The notes under the pieces were generated by a model, which saw only the letters and a program-made list of their open reading frames with translations, did not search any database and had not been told where the DNA came from. DNA of 26,304 bases, taken from a bacterium. Its GTDB lineage: Bacteria > SAR324 > NAC60-12. This document shows, piece by piece, positions 9,122 to 21,063 of this stretch. The stretch's first letter is position 1. Every line of letters starts with the position of its first letter. A program made the translations under genes and the position numbers. Location of the stretch: NCBI GenBank assembly GCA_965233585.1, contig CBDDTI010000023.1, forward strand, positions 1 to 26,304, read 5' to 3'.

Positions 9122-10401
9122 CTAGGGAGGCCCTTTTGAGCGAAGCTGGTTTTGAGAAGGTTTTCCAGACCCAGAATTGGGTCCGTCGGAGCAAGCAGTT
9201 TTGTAGATGATTTTTTAGCTTTTTTTAAAGCCTCGTAAACAATGCTTTTAAAGCTCCGAAAGACGCGGTGAACGTAGGGGGTACGAGTGGCTAACGGACG
9301 TGGTGACGAACGTAAGGCGAACGAGTGAACGGACGAGTGCACGTGTGAGCGAACGAGTGAACGGACGTGTGCGTACAAGTGGACGGACGTGTGCGCGTAC
9401 GTGCGTGCGTTTGTACGTTCACTGGCCGCGCGCGCGCGCACGTACGAAAATCTGTACGTGCAAAGCGCTACAATACTAAATCAATACTAAAGAGGCAGGG
9501 TCGTGCAAAAATAAGGTCGACTCAAGTCGACCTTATTTTCGTACGTGCGCGCGCGCGTGGCGAGTGACCGTGCAAACGCACGGACGTACGCTCACATTTT
9601 CGCTCGCACGTACGCTCACTCGTACATACAGTCGCACGTACGTTCACTCGCACGCATGTCGTTCGCACACACGTTCATACCCCCGTTCATGTCACTCGTC
9701 ACTACACGTACGCTAGATAACAAAAATATTTTTACGAGACTTTAAAAAAAGCTAAATGATTTTGTTTCTTGTTGTGGCAAGCGGAGTGCATATCGGTTGC
9801 TGCTTGAACCCACTTGAAGTTAGCTTCTTATTATTTCGTTGCGTCTGGTGGCTTGATTGTTTGCTGCTAAAATAAGGCGCATCAGCCTTTTGCAGCCTTA
9901 GGTGATTGCTTGAAGTGTTTCTTGCCGTTGAGGAGTTTGTGGGTTTTCGCGCAGGTGGCCGGCTTCCATTTGATTGATTGTATTGAATACTTTACTGCCC
10001 CTTGTCGGCCCCCCTTGCCCCTCTAGACTCCTACCGAAGTTTTCAGCCCAGAAAGAACATGAATCATGATCTTTTCAGTCAATCCCGTTATTAATTAATA
10101 GTATTAATTTAAAACGGGATGGAGTAGGAATCTGCTTAGGAAAATATGTGGCAAGGTGACGTATTGAAGGCTTTCTTACTCCGCCATCGTTTCGATATCG
10201 TGTCAATTACATTGGGTAATTGAATTAAAACATAGCACGGAGTAGCGGAGTAGCGCGGAGTAGCGAAGGATTGGTGAATGTTGCCTGGGTGGTGCTGCAT
10301 CGCAAATCGCCACATCTGATACCACATGTGCGCTTTCAGGTTCCATTTCTGGGGCCGGAAAGTCAAGTGAAATCAGGCTTCGCATGTGCGGGCCTCCTCT
10401 G
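9122..10401. mobile_element. Module A2: second direct copy of A (1280 bp)
   Basis: Collinear with 7488-8796 and with the same termini; net 29 bp shorter, with all the indels I found lying inside the nested MITE, plus scattered substitutions. Confidence 0.8.
9215..9755. mobile_element. Foldback MITE (541 bp) nested in A2, 8-bp TSD ATGATTTT
   Basis: ATGATTTT at 9207-9214 and 9756-9763; TIR ttagctttttttaaagcctcgtaaa vs tttacgagactttaaaaaaagctaa (24/25 match). Confidence 0.87.
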
Positions 10402-12352
10402 CAGTGCCAGCCTCCAGGTCGTGGCATTCTTCGCCAAGGGGCACGAACTTGGCGCATGGTCCGAATGGAAGACATGGTGGCCCAACCTCAGCATGATACA
10501 TATGACTCACGAGCATGCCATGCCTGTCGACACGAAGCATCTGTAACTGCGGCAATCGTTCACACCAAGCGCCCCATGTGGCGAGTTAAATGATTCTGGG
10601 CCTGTACAACGACATCCTGATATCGCGGGCAACCGGCAATTTCTGCAAACGGTGAGCGGCAAACACTGCTTCTTGCAAACGGTTCTCATCTCAAGTAAAG
10701 GGGAATAATAAAGACATTTTCCTCAAAGTCAATACCTAAGACCCGAGTGGCCGGTCGGAGACACTCACAGAACTCTGCGTCATTGATTTCCTGCTTTCGT
10801 AGCGCAGTGCCGGCAATAAAACGCATTTTTGAACATTTCACAGAGACCCAAAGTGGCACGCCAGCTGCGCCATCTATGGATGCGAACATTGCGCACGCTC
10901 AAAGCGCGATCATAATCGTATGCACCCTGATGCAAGTCTGGAATGGAAGACACATCATGAAGAGGCCCAATGAGCAACCTGACAAGAGCCGGGGTGCAAT
11001 GGCATCAACTTGCGGCATGTAGGTCTGGACATGCTCCGGCGTTGGGTGCACAGCTTTCCCCAAGCACAGCCATCGCACATGATGACCCCATACGAACATC
11101 AAAATGTTAGCCCACTCATCTGGCAACCCTTGCAGTTGCATGTTTTCAATGGGCAAACTGGGTGGACAAAATGAAAACATTTGGAGAAATCTAAAGAAGC
11201 AAGAACTTTTTGGTTTTCAAACGCTTTATTGAGTTGCCTCCATGCCGAAACCCCGGATTTCAGGCCTCTATGGCACTGCTCGGAGACCCGAGATGCATTC
11301 CATTCCTGAACCCTGTGGGGTCCAAGATGAGGAAACTAACCGTAGAAAAATGCTTGCAACTGCAATAGGCCGCAAAGACCCTAAAGTCCCACCTTGTTTC
11401 TTTCTTAAATGAACCTGACGTGCCTGCAGCCATGCCTGTTGGATTGTTATAACTGAGACCAATGCAAAACCAAATCACGGTAGTCATCCCAAGCAACAAG
11501 CGGGAGATGGCAAACTTCGCTACCGGACCAACTGTCACATCCGGCCAGAGCGGCCTGATGGATGAAGGCAATCAGTTTGGGGTCCATCCAGCCAAGGCTT
11601 CCATTGTTTTAAATTCTGGGGTAAGTGTGGAACGAGAACATCACGTTTCCAAAGACGCTGCCAAAAGAACAAATAACAATCAAGGGTGTGCGTGATCGTG
11701 GAGCAAGAATCTTCGAATCAGAGCGTGCTGTTGGAGGTTTGTGAGGCTTCACCTACCGGTCAACTCTGTGCCCCCCGATCATGTCATGGATGTGACGAAA
11801 AGAAACGTTATTCACAGAGAGTAATACTTGTGCACAGAAACGCTGTTACACACAAACACTTTATTCAAGTTTACCCACAGAAAATTCACACATAAAAATG
11901 AAATTTCCGGGTGAAGTTAATCCAGAGAACTTGTAGCATTCAACTGTCAAGCAAGCAAAAATGCACTGGGCGTCACGAACGCAGCGATTCGGATCATTCT
12001 GCAGAAAATGTATCTCCTGTCTGCTGTTTTTGTTTCAAAAACCACCTTTTCAAGCAAACAGGATGGAAACAGAGACGCTTATTCCCGCAAACATAGAAGC
12101 TAAAGAAAAGAGAAAAGCTTTTGAACACAGAAACTCAGAGCTACAAAGTTTTTCAAACTAACACTTTGAATGAGACAGAGGAAAATAAGAAAAACGTGTA
12201 TTTTTTTGGCAAAAGCGGACGAAAATATTTTGTTTCTTGTGGTAACATGAATATTGCGGCGATTTAGAAACATCTGCCATCGGCAACAAGAACAATTTTT
12301 TTCCTTCGAGTGGAATGAAAACAGGGTCTAACATTGTGTCCAAGAAAATTTG

Positions 12353-14497
12353 GTCTATCACACGTGAGAGAGAAGAACTTGCGCCATCGGAAACACGACT
12401 TTCCTCATACGGCACATCAAGCAAAAAAGGCCTATCATGGCCGCTCTGCTTTTTCGAAAGGGCAAATTGCACTCGCCGCCAACTTTCTTTCACCTTGTGC
12501 TCGGTGAATTTCATGACCCAAATCCACATCTGCAAACACCCATGGATCGCAAAATTCCCAGTTCAGCTCTCGCATGCGTGCGCAAATGAAACAGTGCCAG
12601 CCTCCAGGTCGTGGCATTCTTCGCCAAGGGGCACGAACTTGGCGCATGGTCCGAATGGAAGACATGGTGGCCCAAACTCAGCATGATACATATGACTCAC
12701 GAGCATGCCATGCCTTTCGACACGAAGCATCTGTAACTGCGGCAATCGTTCACACCAAGCGCCCCATGTGGCGTGTGAAATGATTCTGGGCCTGTACAAC
12801 GACATCCTGATATCGCGGGCAACCGGCAATTTCTGCAAACGGTGAGCGGCAAACACTTCTTCTTGCAAACGGTTCTCATCTCAAGTAAAGGGGAATAATA
12901 AAGACATTTTCCTCAAAGTCAATACCTAAGACCCGAGTGGCCGGTCGGAGACACTCACATAACTCTGCGTCATTGATTTCCTGCTTTCGTAGCGCAGTGC
13001 CGGCAATAAAACGCATTTTTGAACATTTCACAGAGACCCAAAGTGGCACGCCAGCTGCGCCATCTATGGATGCGAACATTGCGCACGCTCAAAGCGCGAT
13101 CATAATCGTATGCACCCTGACGCAAGTCTGGAATGGAAGACACATCATGAAGAGGCCCAATGAGCAACCTGACAAGAGCCGGGGTGCAATGGCATCAACT
13201 TGCGGCATGTAGGTCTGGACATGCTCCGGCGTTGGGTGCACAGCTTTCCCCAAGCACAGCCATCGCACATGATGACCCCATACGAACATCAAAATGTTAG
13301 CCCACTGATCTGGCAACCCTTGCAGTTTTATGTTTTCAATAGGCAAACTGGGTGGACAAAATGAAAACATTTGGAGAAATCTAAAGAAGCAAGAACTTTT
13401 TGGTTTTCAAACGCTTTATTGAGTTGCCTCCATGCCGAAACCCCGGATTTCAGGCCTCTATGGCACTGCTCGGAGACCCGAGATGCATTCCATTCCTGAA
13501 CCCTGTGGGGTCCAAGATGAGGAAACTAACCGTAGAAAAATGCTTGCAACTGCAATAAATAGGCCGCAAAGACCCTACAGTCCCACCGTGTTTCTTTCTT
13601 AAATGAACCTGACGTGCCTGCAGCCATGCCTGTGGGATTGTTATAACTGAGACCAATGCAAAACCAAATCACGGTAGTCATCCCAAGCAACAAGCGGGAG
13701 ATGGCAAACTTCGCTACCGGACCAACTGTCACATCCGGCCAGAGCGGCCTGATGGATGAAGGCAATCAGTTTGGGGTCCATCCAGCCAAGGCTTCCATTG
13801 TTTTAAATTCTGGGGTAAGTGTGGAACGAGAACATCACGTTTCCAAAGACGCTGCCAAAAGAACAAATAACAATCAAGGGTGTGCGTGATCGTGGAGCAA
13901 GAATCTTCGAATCAGAGCGTGCTGTTGGAGGTTTGTGAGGCTTCACCTACCGGTCACCTCTGTGCCCCCCGATCATGTCATGGATGTGACGAAAAGAAAC
14001 GTTATTCACAGAGAGTAATACTTGTGCAGAATGCACATACAAATGAAATTTCCGGGTGAAGTTAATCCAGAGAACTTGTAGCATTCAACTGTCAAGCAAG
14101 CAAAAATGCACTGGGCGTCACGAACGCAGCGATTCGGATCATTCTGCAGAAAATGTATCTCCTGTCTGCTGTTTTTGTTTCAAAAACCACCTTTTCAAGC
14201 AAACAGGATGGAAACAGAGACGCTTATTCCCGCAAACATAGAAGCTAAAGAAAAGAGAAAAGCTTTTGAACACAGAAACTCAGAGCTACAAATTTTTTCA
14301 AACTAACACTTTGAATGAGACAGAGGAAAATAAGAAAAACGTGTATTTTTTTGGCAAAAGGGGACGAAAATATTTTGTTTCTTGTGGTAACATGAATATT
14401 GCGGCGATTTAGAAACATCTGCCATCGTCAACAAGAACAATTTTTTTCCTTCGAGTGGAATGAAAACAGGGTCTAACATTGTGTCCAAGAAAATTTG
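12353..14497 (-). pseudogene. Array unit 3: degenerate LINE RT fragment (net 49-bp deletion near 14028; 4-bp insertion near 13555)
   Basis: Same motifs; period 2145 bp. Confidence 0.88.
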
Positions 14498-16686
14498 GTC
14501 TATCACACGTGAGAGAGAAGAACTTGCGCCATCGGAAACACGACTTTCCTCATACGGCACATCAAGCAAAAAAGGCCTATCATGGCCGCTCTGCTTTTTC
14601 GAAAGGGCAAATTGCACTCGCCGCCAACTTTCTTTCACCTTGTGCTCGGTGCATTTCATGACCCAAATCCACATCTGCAAACACCCATGGATCGCAAAAT
14701 TCCCAGTTCAGCTCTCGCATGCCTGCGCAAATGAAACAGTGCCAGCCTCCAGGTCGTGGCATTCTTCGCCAAGGGGCACGAACTTGGCGCATGGTCCGAA
14801 TGGAAGACATGGTGGCCCAAACTCAGCATGATACATATGACTCACGAGCATGCCATGCCTTTCGACACGAAGCATCTGTAACTGCGGCAATCGTTCACAC
14901 CAAGCGCCCCATGTGGCGAGTGAAATGATTCTGGGCCTGTACAACGACATCCTGATATCGCGGGCAACCGGCAATTTCTGCAAACGGTGAGCGGCAAACA
15001 CTGCTTCTTGCAAACGGTTCTCATCTCAAGTAAAGGGGAATAATAAAGACATTTTCCTCAAAGTCAATACCTAAGACCCGAGTGGCCGGTCGGAGACACT
15101 CACAGAACTCTGCGTCATTGATTTCCTGCTTTCGTAGCGCAGTGCCGGCAATAAAACACATTTTTGAACATTTCACAGAGACCCAAAGTGGCACGCCAGC
15201 TGCGCCATCTATGGATGCGAACATTGCGCACGCTCAAAGCGCGATCATAATCGTATGCACCCTGACGCAAGTCTGGAATGGAAGACACATCATGAAGAGG
15301 CCCAATGAGCAACCTGACAAGAGCCGGGGTGCAATGGCATCAACTTGCGGCATGTAGGTCTGGACATGCTCCGGCGTTGGGTGCACAGCTTTCCCCAAGC
15401 ACAGCCATCGCACATGATGACCCCATACGAACATCAAAATGTTAGCCCACTGATCTGGCAACCCTTGCAGTTGCATGTTTTCAATAGGCAAACTGGGTGG
15501 ACAAAATGAAAACATTTGGAGAAATCTAAAGAAGCAAGAACTTTTTGGTTTTCAAACGCTTTATTGAGTTGCCTCCATGCCGAAACCCCGGATTTCAGGC
15601 CTCTATGGCACTGCTCGGAGACCCGAGATGCATTCCATTCCTGAACCCTGTGGGGTCCAAGATGAGGAAACTAACCGTAGAAAAATGCTTGCAACTGCAA
15701 TAGGCCGCAAAGACCCTACAGTCCCACCTTGTTTCTTTCTTAAATGAACCTGACGTGCCTGCAGCCATGCCTGTGGGATTGTTATAACTGAGACCAATGC
15801 AAAACCAAATCACGGTAGTCACCCCAAGCAACAAGCGGGAGATGGCAAACTTCGCTACCGGACCAACTGTCACATCCGGCCAGAGCGGCCTGATGGATGA
15901 AGGCAATCAGTTTGGGGTCCATCCAGCCAAGGCTTCCATTGTTTTAAATTCTGGGGTAAGTGTGGAACGAGAACATCACGTTTCCAAAGACGCTGCCAAA
16001 AGAACAAATAACAATCAAGGGTGTGCGTGATCGTGGAGCAAGAATCTTCGAATCAGAGCGTGCTGTTGGAGGTTTGTGAGGCTTCACCTACCGGTCACCT
16101 CTGTGCCCCCCGATCATGTCGTGGATGTGACGAAAAGAAACGTTATTCACAGAGAGTAATACTTGTGCACAGAAACGCTGTTACACACAAACACTTTATT
16201 CAAGTTTACCCACAGAAAATTCACACATACAAATGAAATTTCCGGGTGAAGTTAATCCAGAGAACTTGTAGCATTCAACTGTCAAGCAAGCAAAAATGCA
16301 CTGGGCGTCACGAACGCAGCAATTCGGATCATTCTGCAGAAAATGTATCTCCTGTCCGCTGTTTTTGTTTCAAAAACCACCTTTTCAAGCAAACAGGATG
16401 GAAACAGAGACGCTTATTCCCGCAAACATAGAAGCTAAAGAAAAGAGAAAAGCTTTTGAACACAGAACTCAGAGCTACAAATTTTTTCAAACTAACACTT
16501 TGAATAAGACAGAGGAAAATAAGAAAAACGTGTATTTTTTCGGCAAAAGCGGACGAAAATATTTTGTTTCTTGTGGTAACATGAATATTGCGGCGATTTA
16601 GAAACATCTGCCATCGGCAACAAGAACAATTTTTTTCCTTCGAGTGGAATGAAAACAGGGTCTAACGTTGTGTCCAAGAAAATTTG
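14498..16686 (-). pseudogene. Array unit 4: degenerate LINE RT fragment
   Basis: Same motifs, e.g. CHRGLKSGVSAWRQLNKAFENQKVLASLDFSKCF read on the minus strand at about 15511-15610. Confidence 0.88.
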
Positions 16687-18875
16687 GTCTATCACACGTG
16701 AGAGAGAAGAACTTGCGCCATCGGAAACACGACTTTCCTCATACGGCACATCAAGCAAAAAAGGCCTATCATGGCCGCTCTGCTTTTTCGAAAGGGCAAA
16801 TTGCACTCGCCGCCAACTTTCTTTCACCTTGTGCTCGGTGAATTTCATGACCCAAATCCACATCTGCAAACACCCATGGATCGCAAAATTCCCAGTTCAG
16901 CTCTCGCATGCGTGCGCAAATGAAACAGTGCCAGCCTCCAGGTCGTGGCATTCTTCGCCAAGGGGCACGAACTTGTCGCATGGTCCGAATGAAAGACATG
17001 GTGGCCAAAACTTAGCATGATACATATGACTTACGAGCATGCCATGCCTGTCGACACGAAGCATCTGTAACTGCGGCAATCGTTTACACCAAGCGCCTTA
17101 TGTGGCGAGTGAAATAATTCCGGGCCTGTACAACGACATCCTGATATCGCGGGCAACCGGCAATTTCTGCAAACGGTAAGCGGCAAACACTGCTTCTTGC
17201 AAACGGTTCTCATCTCAAGTAAAGGGGAACAATAAAGACATTTTCCTCAAAGTCAATACCTAAGACCCGAGTGGCCGGTCGGAGACACTCACAGAACTCT
17301 GCGTCATTGATTTCCTGCTTTCGTAGCGCAGTGCCGGCAATAAAACGCATTTTTGAACATTTCACAGAGACCCAAAGTGGCACGCCAGCTGCGCCATCTA
17401 TGGATGCAAACATTGCGCACGCTCAAAGCGCGATCATAATCGTATGCACCCTGACGCAAGTCTGGAATGGAAGACACATCATGAAGAGGCCCAATGAGCA
17501 ACCTGACAAGAGCCGGGGTGCAATGGCATCAACTTGCGGCATGGAGGTCTGGACATGCTCCGGCGTTGGGTGCACAGCTTTCCCCAAGCACAGCCATCGC
17601 ACATGATGACCCCATACGAACATCAAAATGTTAGCCCACTCATCTGGCAACCCTTGCAGTTGCATGTTTTCAATAGGCAAACTGGGTGGACAAAATAAAA
17701 ACATTTGGAGAAATCTAAAGAAGCAAGAACTTTTTGGTTTTCAAACGCTTTATTGAGTTGCCTCCATGCCGAAACCCCGGATTTCAGGCCTCTATGGCGC
17801 TGCTCGGAGACCCGAGATGCATTCCATTCCTGAACCCTGTGGGGTCCAAGATGAGGAAACTAAAGTAGAAAAATGCTTGCAACTGCAATAGGCCGCAAAG
17901 ACCCTACAGTCCCACCTTGTTTCTTTCTTAAATGAACCTGACGTGCCTGCAGCCATGCCTGTGGGATTGTTATAACTGAGACCAATGCAAAACCAAATCA
18001 CGGTAGTCACCCCAAGCAACAAGCGGGAGATGGCAAACTTCGCTACCGGACCAACTGTCACATCCGGCCAGAGCGGCCTGATGGATGAAGGCAATCAGTT
18101 TGGGGTCCATCCAGCCAAGGCTTCCATTGTTTTAAATTCTGGGGTAAGTGTGGAACGAGGTCATCACGTTTCCAAAGACGCTGCCAAAAGAACAAATAAC
18201 AGTCAAGGGTGTGCGTGATCGTGGAGCAAGAATCTTCGAATCAGAGCGTGCTGTTGGAGGTTTGTGAGGCTTCACCTACCGGTCACCTCTGTGCCCCCCG
18301 ATCATGTCGTGGATGTGACGAAAAGAAACGTTATTCACAGAGAGTAATGCTTGTGCACAGAAACGCTGTTACACACAAACACTTTATTCAAGTTTACCCA
18401 CAGAAAATTCACACATACAAATGAAATTTCTGGGTGAAGTTAACCCAGAGAACTTGTAGCATTCAACTGTCAAGCAAGCAAAAACGCACTGGGCGTCACG
18501 AACGCAGCGATTCGGATCATTCTGCAGAAAATGTATCTCCTGTCCGCTGTTTTTGTTTCAAAAACCACCTTTTAAAGCAAACAGGATGGAAACAGAGACG
18601 CTTATTCCCGCAAACATAGAAGCTAAAGAAAAGAGAAAAGCTTTTGAACACAGAAACTCAGAGCTACAAATTTTTTCAAACTAACACTTTGAATGAGACA
18701 GAGGAAAATAAGAAAAACGTGTATTTTTTCGGCAAAAGCGGACGAAAATATTTTGTTTCTTGTGGCAACATGAATATTGCGGCGATTTAGAAACATCTGC
18801 CATCCGCAACAAAAACAATTTTTTTCCTTCGAATGGAATGAAAACAGGGTCTAACATTGTGTCCAAGAAAATTTG
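16687..18875 (-). pseudogene. Array unit 5: degenerate LINE RT fragment
   Basis: Same motifs (SMPQVDAIAP, GAYDYDRAL, RVLGIDF). Confidence 0.88.
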
Positions 18876-21063
18876 ATCTATCACACGTGAGAGAGAAGAA
18901 CTTGCGCCATCGGAAACACGACTTTCCTCATACGGCACATCAAGCAAAAAAGGCCTATCATGGCCGCTCTGCTTTTTCGAAAGGGCAAATTGCACTCGCC
19001 GCCAACTTTCTTTCACCTTGTGCTCGGTAAATTTCACGACCCAAATCCACATGTGCAAACACCCATGGATCGCAAAATTCCCAGTTCAGCTCTCGCATGC
19101 GTGCGCAAATGAAACAGTGCCAACCTCCAGGTCGTGGCATTCTTCGCCAAGGGGCACGAACTTGTCGCATGGTCCGAATGGAAGACATGGTGGCCAAAAC
19201 TTAGCATGATACATATGACTCACGAGCATGCCATGCCTGTCGACACGAAGCATCTGTAACTGCGGCAATCGTTTACACCAAGCGCCTTATGTGGCGAGTG
19301 AAATAATTCCGGGCCTGTACAACGACATCCTGATATCGCGGGCAACCGGCAATTTCTGCAAACGGTAAGCGGCAAACACTGCTTCTTGCAAACGGTTCTC
19401 ATCTCAAGTAAAGGGGAACAATAAAGACATTTTCCTCAAAGTCAATACCTAAGACCCGAGTGGCCGGTCGGAGACTCTCACAGAACTCTGCGTCATTGAT
19501 TTCCTGCTTTCGTAGCGCAGTGCCGGCAATAAAACGCATTTTTGAACATTTCACAGAGACCCAAAGTGGCACGCCAGCTGCGCCATCTATGGATGCGAAC
19601 ATTGCGCACGCTCAAAGCGCGATCATAATCGTATGCACCCTGACGCAAGTCTGGAACGGAAGACACATCATGAAGAGGCCCAATGAGCAACCTAACAAGA
19701 GCCGGGGTGCAATGGCATCAACTTGCGGCATGTAGGTCTGGACATGCTCCGGCGTTGGGTGCACAGCTTTCCCCAAGCATAGCCATCGCACATGATGACC
19801 CCATACGAACATCAAATGTTAGCCCACTCATCTGGCAACCCTTGCAGTTGCATGTTTTCAATGGGCAAACTGGGTGGACAAAATGAAAACATTTGGAGAA
19901 ATCTAAAGAAGCAAGAACTTTTTGGTTTTCAAACGCTTTATTGAGTTGCCTCCATGCCGAAACCCCGGATTTCAGGCCTCTATGGCACTGCTTGGAGACC
20001 CGAGATCCATTCCATTCCTGAACCCTGTGGGGTCCAAGATGAGGAAACTAACCGTAGAAAAATGCTTGCAACTGCAATTGGCCGCAAAGACCCTACAGTC
20101 CCACCGTGTTTCTTTCTTAAATGAACCTGACGTGCCTGCAGCCATGCCTGTGGGATTGTTATAACTGAGACCAATGCAAAACCAAATCACGGTAGTCATC
20201 CCAAGCAACAAGCGGGAGATGGCAAACTTCGCTACCGGACCAACTGTCACATCCGGCCAGAGCGGCCTGATGGATGAAGGCAATCAGTTTGGGGTCCATC
20301 CAGCCAAGGCTTCCATTGTTTTAAATTCTGGGGTAAGTGTGAAACGAGGTCATCACGTTTCCAAAGACGCTGCCAAAAGAACAAATAACAATCAAGGGTG
20401 TGCGTGATCGTGGAGCAAGAATCTTCGAATCAGAGCGTGCTGTTGGAGGTTTGTGAGGCTTCACCTACCGGTCACCTCTGTGCCCCCCGATCATGTCGTG
20501 GATGTGACGAAAAGAAACGTTATTCACAGAGAGTAATGCTTGTGCACAGAAACGCTGTTATACACAAACACTTTATTCAAGTTTACCCACAGAAAATTCA
20601 CACATACAAATGAAATTTCCGGGTGAAGTTAATCCAGAGAACTTGTAGCATTCAACTGTCAAGCAAGCAAAAACGCACTGGGCGTCACGAACGCAGCGAT
20701 TCGGATCGTTCTGCAGAAAATATATCTCCTGTCCGCTGTTTTTGTTTCAAAAACCACCTTTTCAAGCAAACAGGATGGAAACAGAGACGCTTATTCCCGC
20801 AAACATAGAAGCTAAAGAAAAGAGAAAAGCTTTTAGACACAGAAACATAGAGCTACAATTTTTTCAAACTAACACTTTGAATGAGACAGAGAAAAATAAA
20901 AAAAGTGTATTTTTCGGCAAAAGCGGACGAAAATATTTTGTTTCTTGTAGCGACATGAATATTACGGCGATTTAGAAACATCTGCCATTGGCAACAAGAA
21001 CAATTTTTTTCCTTCGAGTGGAATGAAAACAGGGTCTAACATTGTATCCAAGAAAATTTGGTC
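18876..21063 (-). pseudogene. Array unit 6 (terminal): degenerate LINE RT fragment
   Basis: Same motifs; ends aaatttggtc and then diverges into gtgacattaaag. Confidence 0.88.

Larger units (their letters stand above)
7488..10401. mobile_element. Non-coding composite insertion A-B-A (two direct ~1.3-kb TIR modules flanking a 325-bp spacer) with a 2-bp CA duplication
   Basis: The other units read gaaaCAgtgcc; here gaaaCA[ctagggaggccc...gggcctcctctg]CAgtgcc. Removing 2914+2 bp restores a 2190-bp unit. Confidence 0.9.
7247..12352 (-). pseudogene. Array unit 2: degenerate LINE RT fragment interrupted by a 2.9-kb insertion
   Basis: Same RT motifs (LRPIAVASIFLRLVSS, MPQVDAIAP, GAYDYDRAL); the sequence aatgaaaca|gtgcc is split at 7487/10402. 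Confidence 0.88.
5063..21063. repeat. Tandem macrosatellite: six head-to-tail ~2.19-kb units derived from a LINE RT region
   Basis: The anchor (g/a)tctatcacacgtga recurs at 5063, 7247, 12353, 14498, 16687 and 18876; the array ends at the gtc at 21061-21063. Periods are 2184, 5106 (2190 plus 2916 inserted), 2145, 2189, 2189 and 2185. Near-identical ORF-track translations repeat in each unit. Confidence 0.97.

Noticed and set aside
7488..10401. Canonical LTR retrotransposon or TRIM
   Set aside because: The direct repeats lack TG...CA ends, the duplication is 2 bp rather than 4-6 bp, and I see no PBS, PPT or gag/pol. Kept only as a non-canonical alternative.
7486..10406. CACTA...CAGTG termini suggesting a CACTA/EnSpm transposon
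   Set aside because: The CA and CAGTG belong to the target (empty units read gaaaCAGTGcc). The inner module ends read AACTAG and CTGTT, and this reading would leave no TSD.
5063..21063. Functional RT system (retron, DGR, group II intron or defence RT array)
   Set aside because: The motifs and CCHC knuckle are non-LTR type, every unit is frameshifted with a mutated YxDD, and the context is eukaryotic repeat DNA with no partner genes.
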